Positions 63,113 to 64,000 of a DNA stretch of 64,000 bases are shown piece by piece. Positions within the stretch are counted from its first letter, which is position 1; each line of letters opens with the position of its first letter. Source of the DNA: Haplodiscus bocki (Eukaryota); NCBI GenBank assembly GCA_965655095.1, contig OZ296659.1, forward strand, positions 60,326,001-60,390,000. Reading direction: 5' to 3'. The translations under genes were made by a program, and so were the position numbers. The notes beneath the pieces are model-generated. The model saw only the letters and a program-made list of their open reading frames with translations, searched no databases and had not been told where the DNA came from.

Positions 63113-63613
63113 TTATTTATCTAAAAACTTAAGATTTAATAATTTTTTACCGGGTATCCTTTTCGAATTATAAAAATAATCATATTCGTTCTTTTGTTTT
63201 GATTTTTTATATTTTTCAATAGGTGTATATTTATAATCAACGAGATTGTATAAAAATTTATCATCATAAGCATACGGTAACTCAAAATCATTATCATTAC
63301 GAATATCAGCTTCGTATTTGATTATTTCTGAATTGCTGTTGAATGTGAAAACGTTTTTACCTATATGAATATATGTCTTATCACTAATCCTAAATAAAAA
63401 ACGATCTCTTTGAGGTATCATATTTGGTTTATTGAATTTATAATTATGTAGTTTATATAATTTTTGATAAGTAAATTCAATGAGTAATTTTATTTGTTTG
63501 TTTTCTATATTTGGATATGAATAAATTTGAGCTCTTTTTTCATTTGTAAAAACCAATAATAAATATATAATCATATCAACATACGATACTAAATAAATTG
63601 ATTGATTTATCAT
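63113..63613 (-). CDS. Divergent paralog of 62476-63024
   Basis: FLFRISDKTYIHIGKNVFTFNSNSEIIKYEADIRNDNDFELPYAYDDKFLY aligns with ILVKV..KYVHIDGSMVVSFLTNDNIYKYISNMGNNLSPYSVAIGCENIY. Confidence 0.7.
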   Translation of the reverse strand: MINQSIYLVSYVDMIIYLLLVFTNEKRAQIYSYPNIENKQIKLLIEFTYQKLYKLHNYKFNKPNMIPQRDRFLFRISDKTYIHIGKNVFTFNSNSEIIKYEADIRNDNDFELPYAYDDKFLYNLVDYKYTPIEKYKKSKQKNEYDYFYNSKRIPGKKLLNLKFLDK

Positions 63614-63620
63614 TTATAAT

Positions 63621-63941
63621 TTAAAAATCGTTACCAACATCTTCAACATTTTTAGCGATATCTTTATCATCCTGTATTCTATCTAAGTTATTTAGAATTA
63701 ATCCTCTCAATTCATAATATTCTTTTTTCAAATCTTCATTATTAATTTCATATAGTTTTGTTAATATATAGTTTGTTTTTTTGAGTAAATCAAATTGATA
63801 ATCAAAATGTATTTCTTGACTTTCTAAGACGAAATTATGGACATTATTTACGAATATTATATAGTGATCATTTTTATTATTGTTTACAATGCCGCTATCA
63901 ATAACGTTTAATATGTCATAAATACTATTTACACTCGTCAT
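63621..63941 (-). CDS. Small acidic hypothetical protein
   Basis: Intact 106-aa ORF with the same TATAAATG start context, 7 bp from the next ORF. Confidence 0.65.
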   Translation of the reverse strand: MTSVNSIYDILNVIDSGIVNNNKNDHYIIFVNNVHNFVLESQEIHFDYQFDLLKKTNYILTKLYEINNEDLKKEYYELRGLILNNLDRIQDDKDIAKNVEDVGNDF

Positions 63942-64000
63942 TTATATAAAAAAATTATGATATTACATAATTACTCATATACGAATATTTAATATTTTTA

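Larger units (their letters stand above)
61255..64000. mobile_element. Left end of an AT-rich virus-like / Polinton-like element
   Basis: Sharp junction within the gag copy, AATAAT start, terminal hairpin, subterminal tandem repeats, and compact intronless very AT-rich ORFs. Confidence 0.7.

Overview
Animal (probably invertebrate) genomic DNA made of nested mobile and viral elements. (1) 1-~9030: a CpG-rich satellite of about 62 monomers of ~145 bp, with higher-order repeats and an internal dyad. (2) ~9030-28400: it runs directly into a decayed but near-complete Polinton/Maverick (adintovirus-like) element with all genes on +. Core genes are pPolB, packaging ATPase, integrase, minor and major capsid, basic core protein and adenain protease. 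Accessory ORFs look SPRY/SOCS-box-like, PC4-like, HUH-like and PLA2-like, plus a duplicated-TM protein. (3) ~28.8-49 kb: AT-rich host DNA with retroelement remnants and two spliced exons of a nicotinic-type Cys-loop receptor on the - strand. (4) 49071-61254: a degenerate Ty3/Gypsy LTR retrotransposon with RNase H deleted and an intron-containing antisense gene in a long 3' region; after the 3' LTR a second tandem unit begins. (5) 61255-64000: the left end of a different, very AT-rich virus-like element. It has an AATAAT terminus, a hairpin, GCTC repeats, its own ~145-bp subterminal repeats and intact ORFs resembling a giant-virus protein family, all starting at TATAAATG. Family assignments come from motif recognition by eye; no database searches were run.
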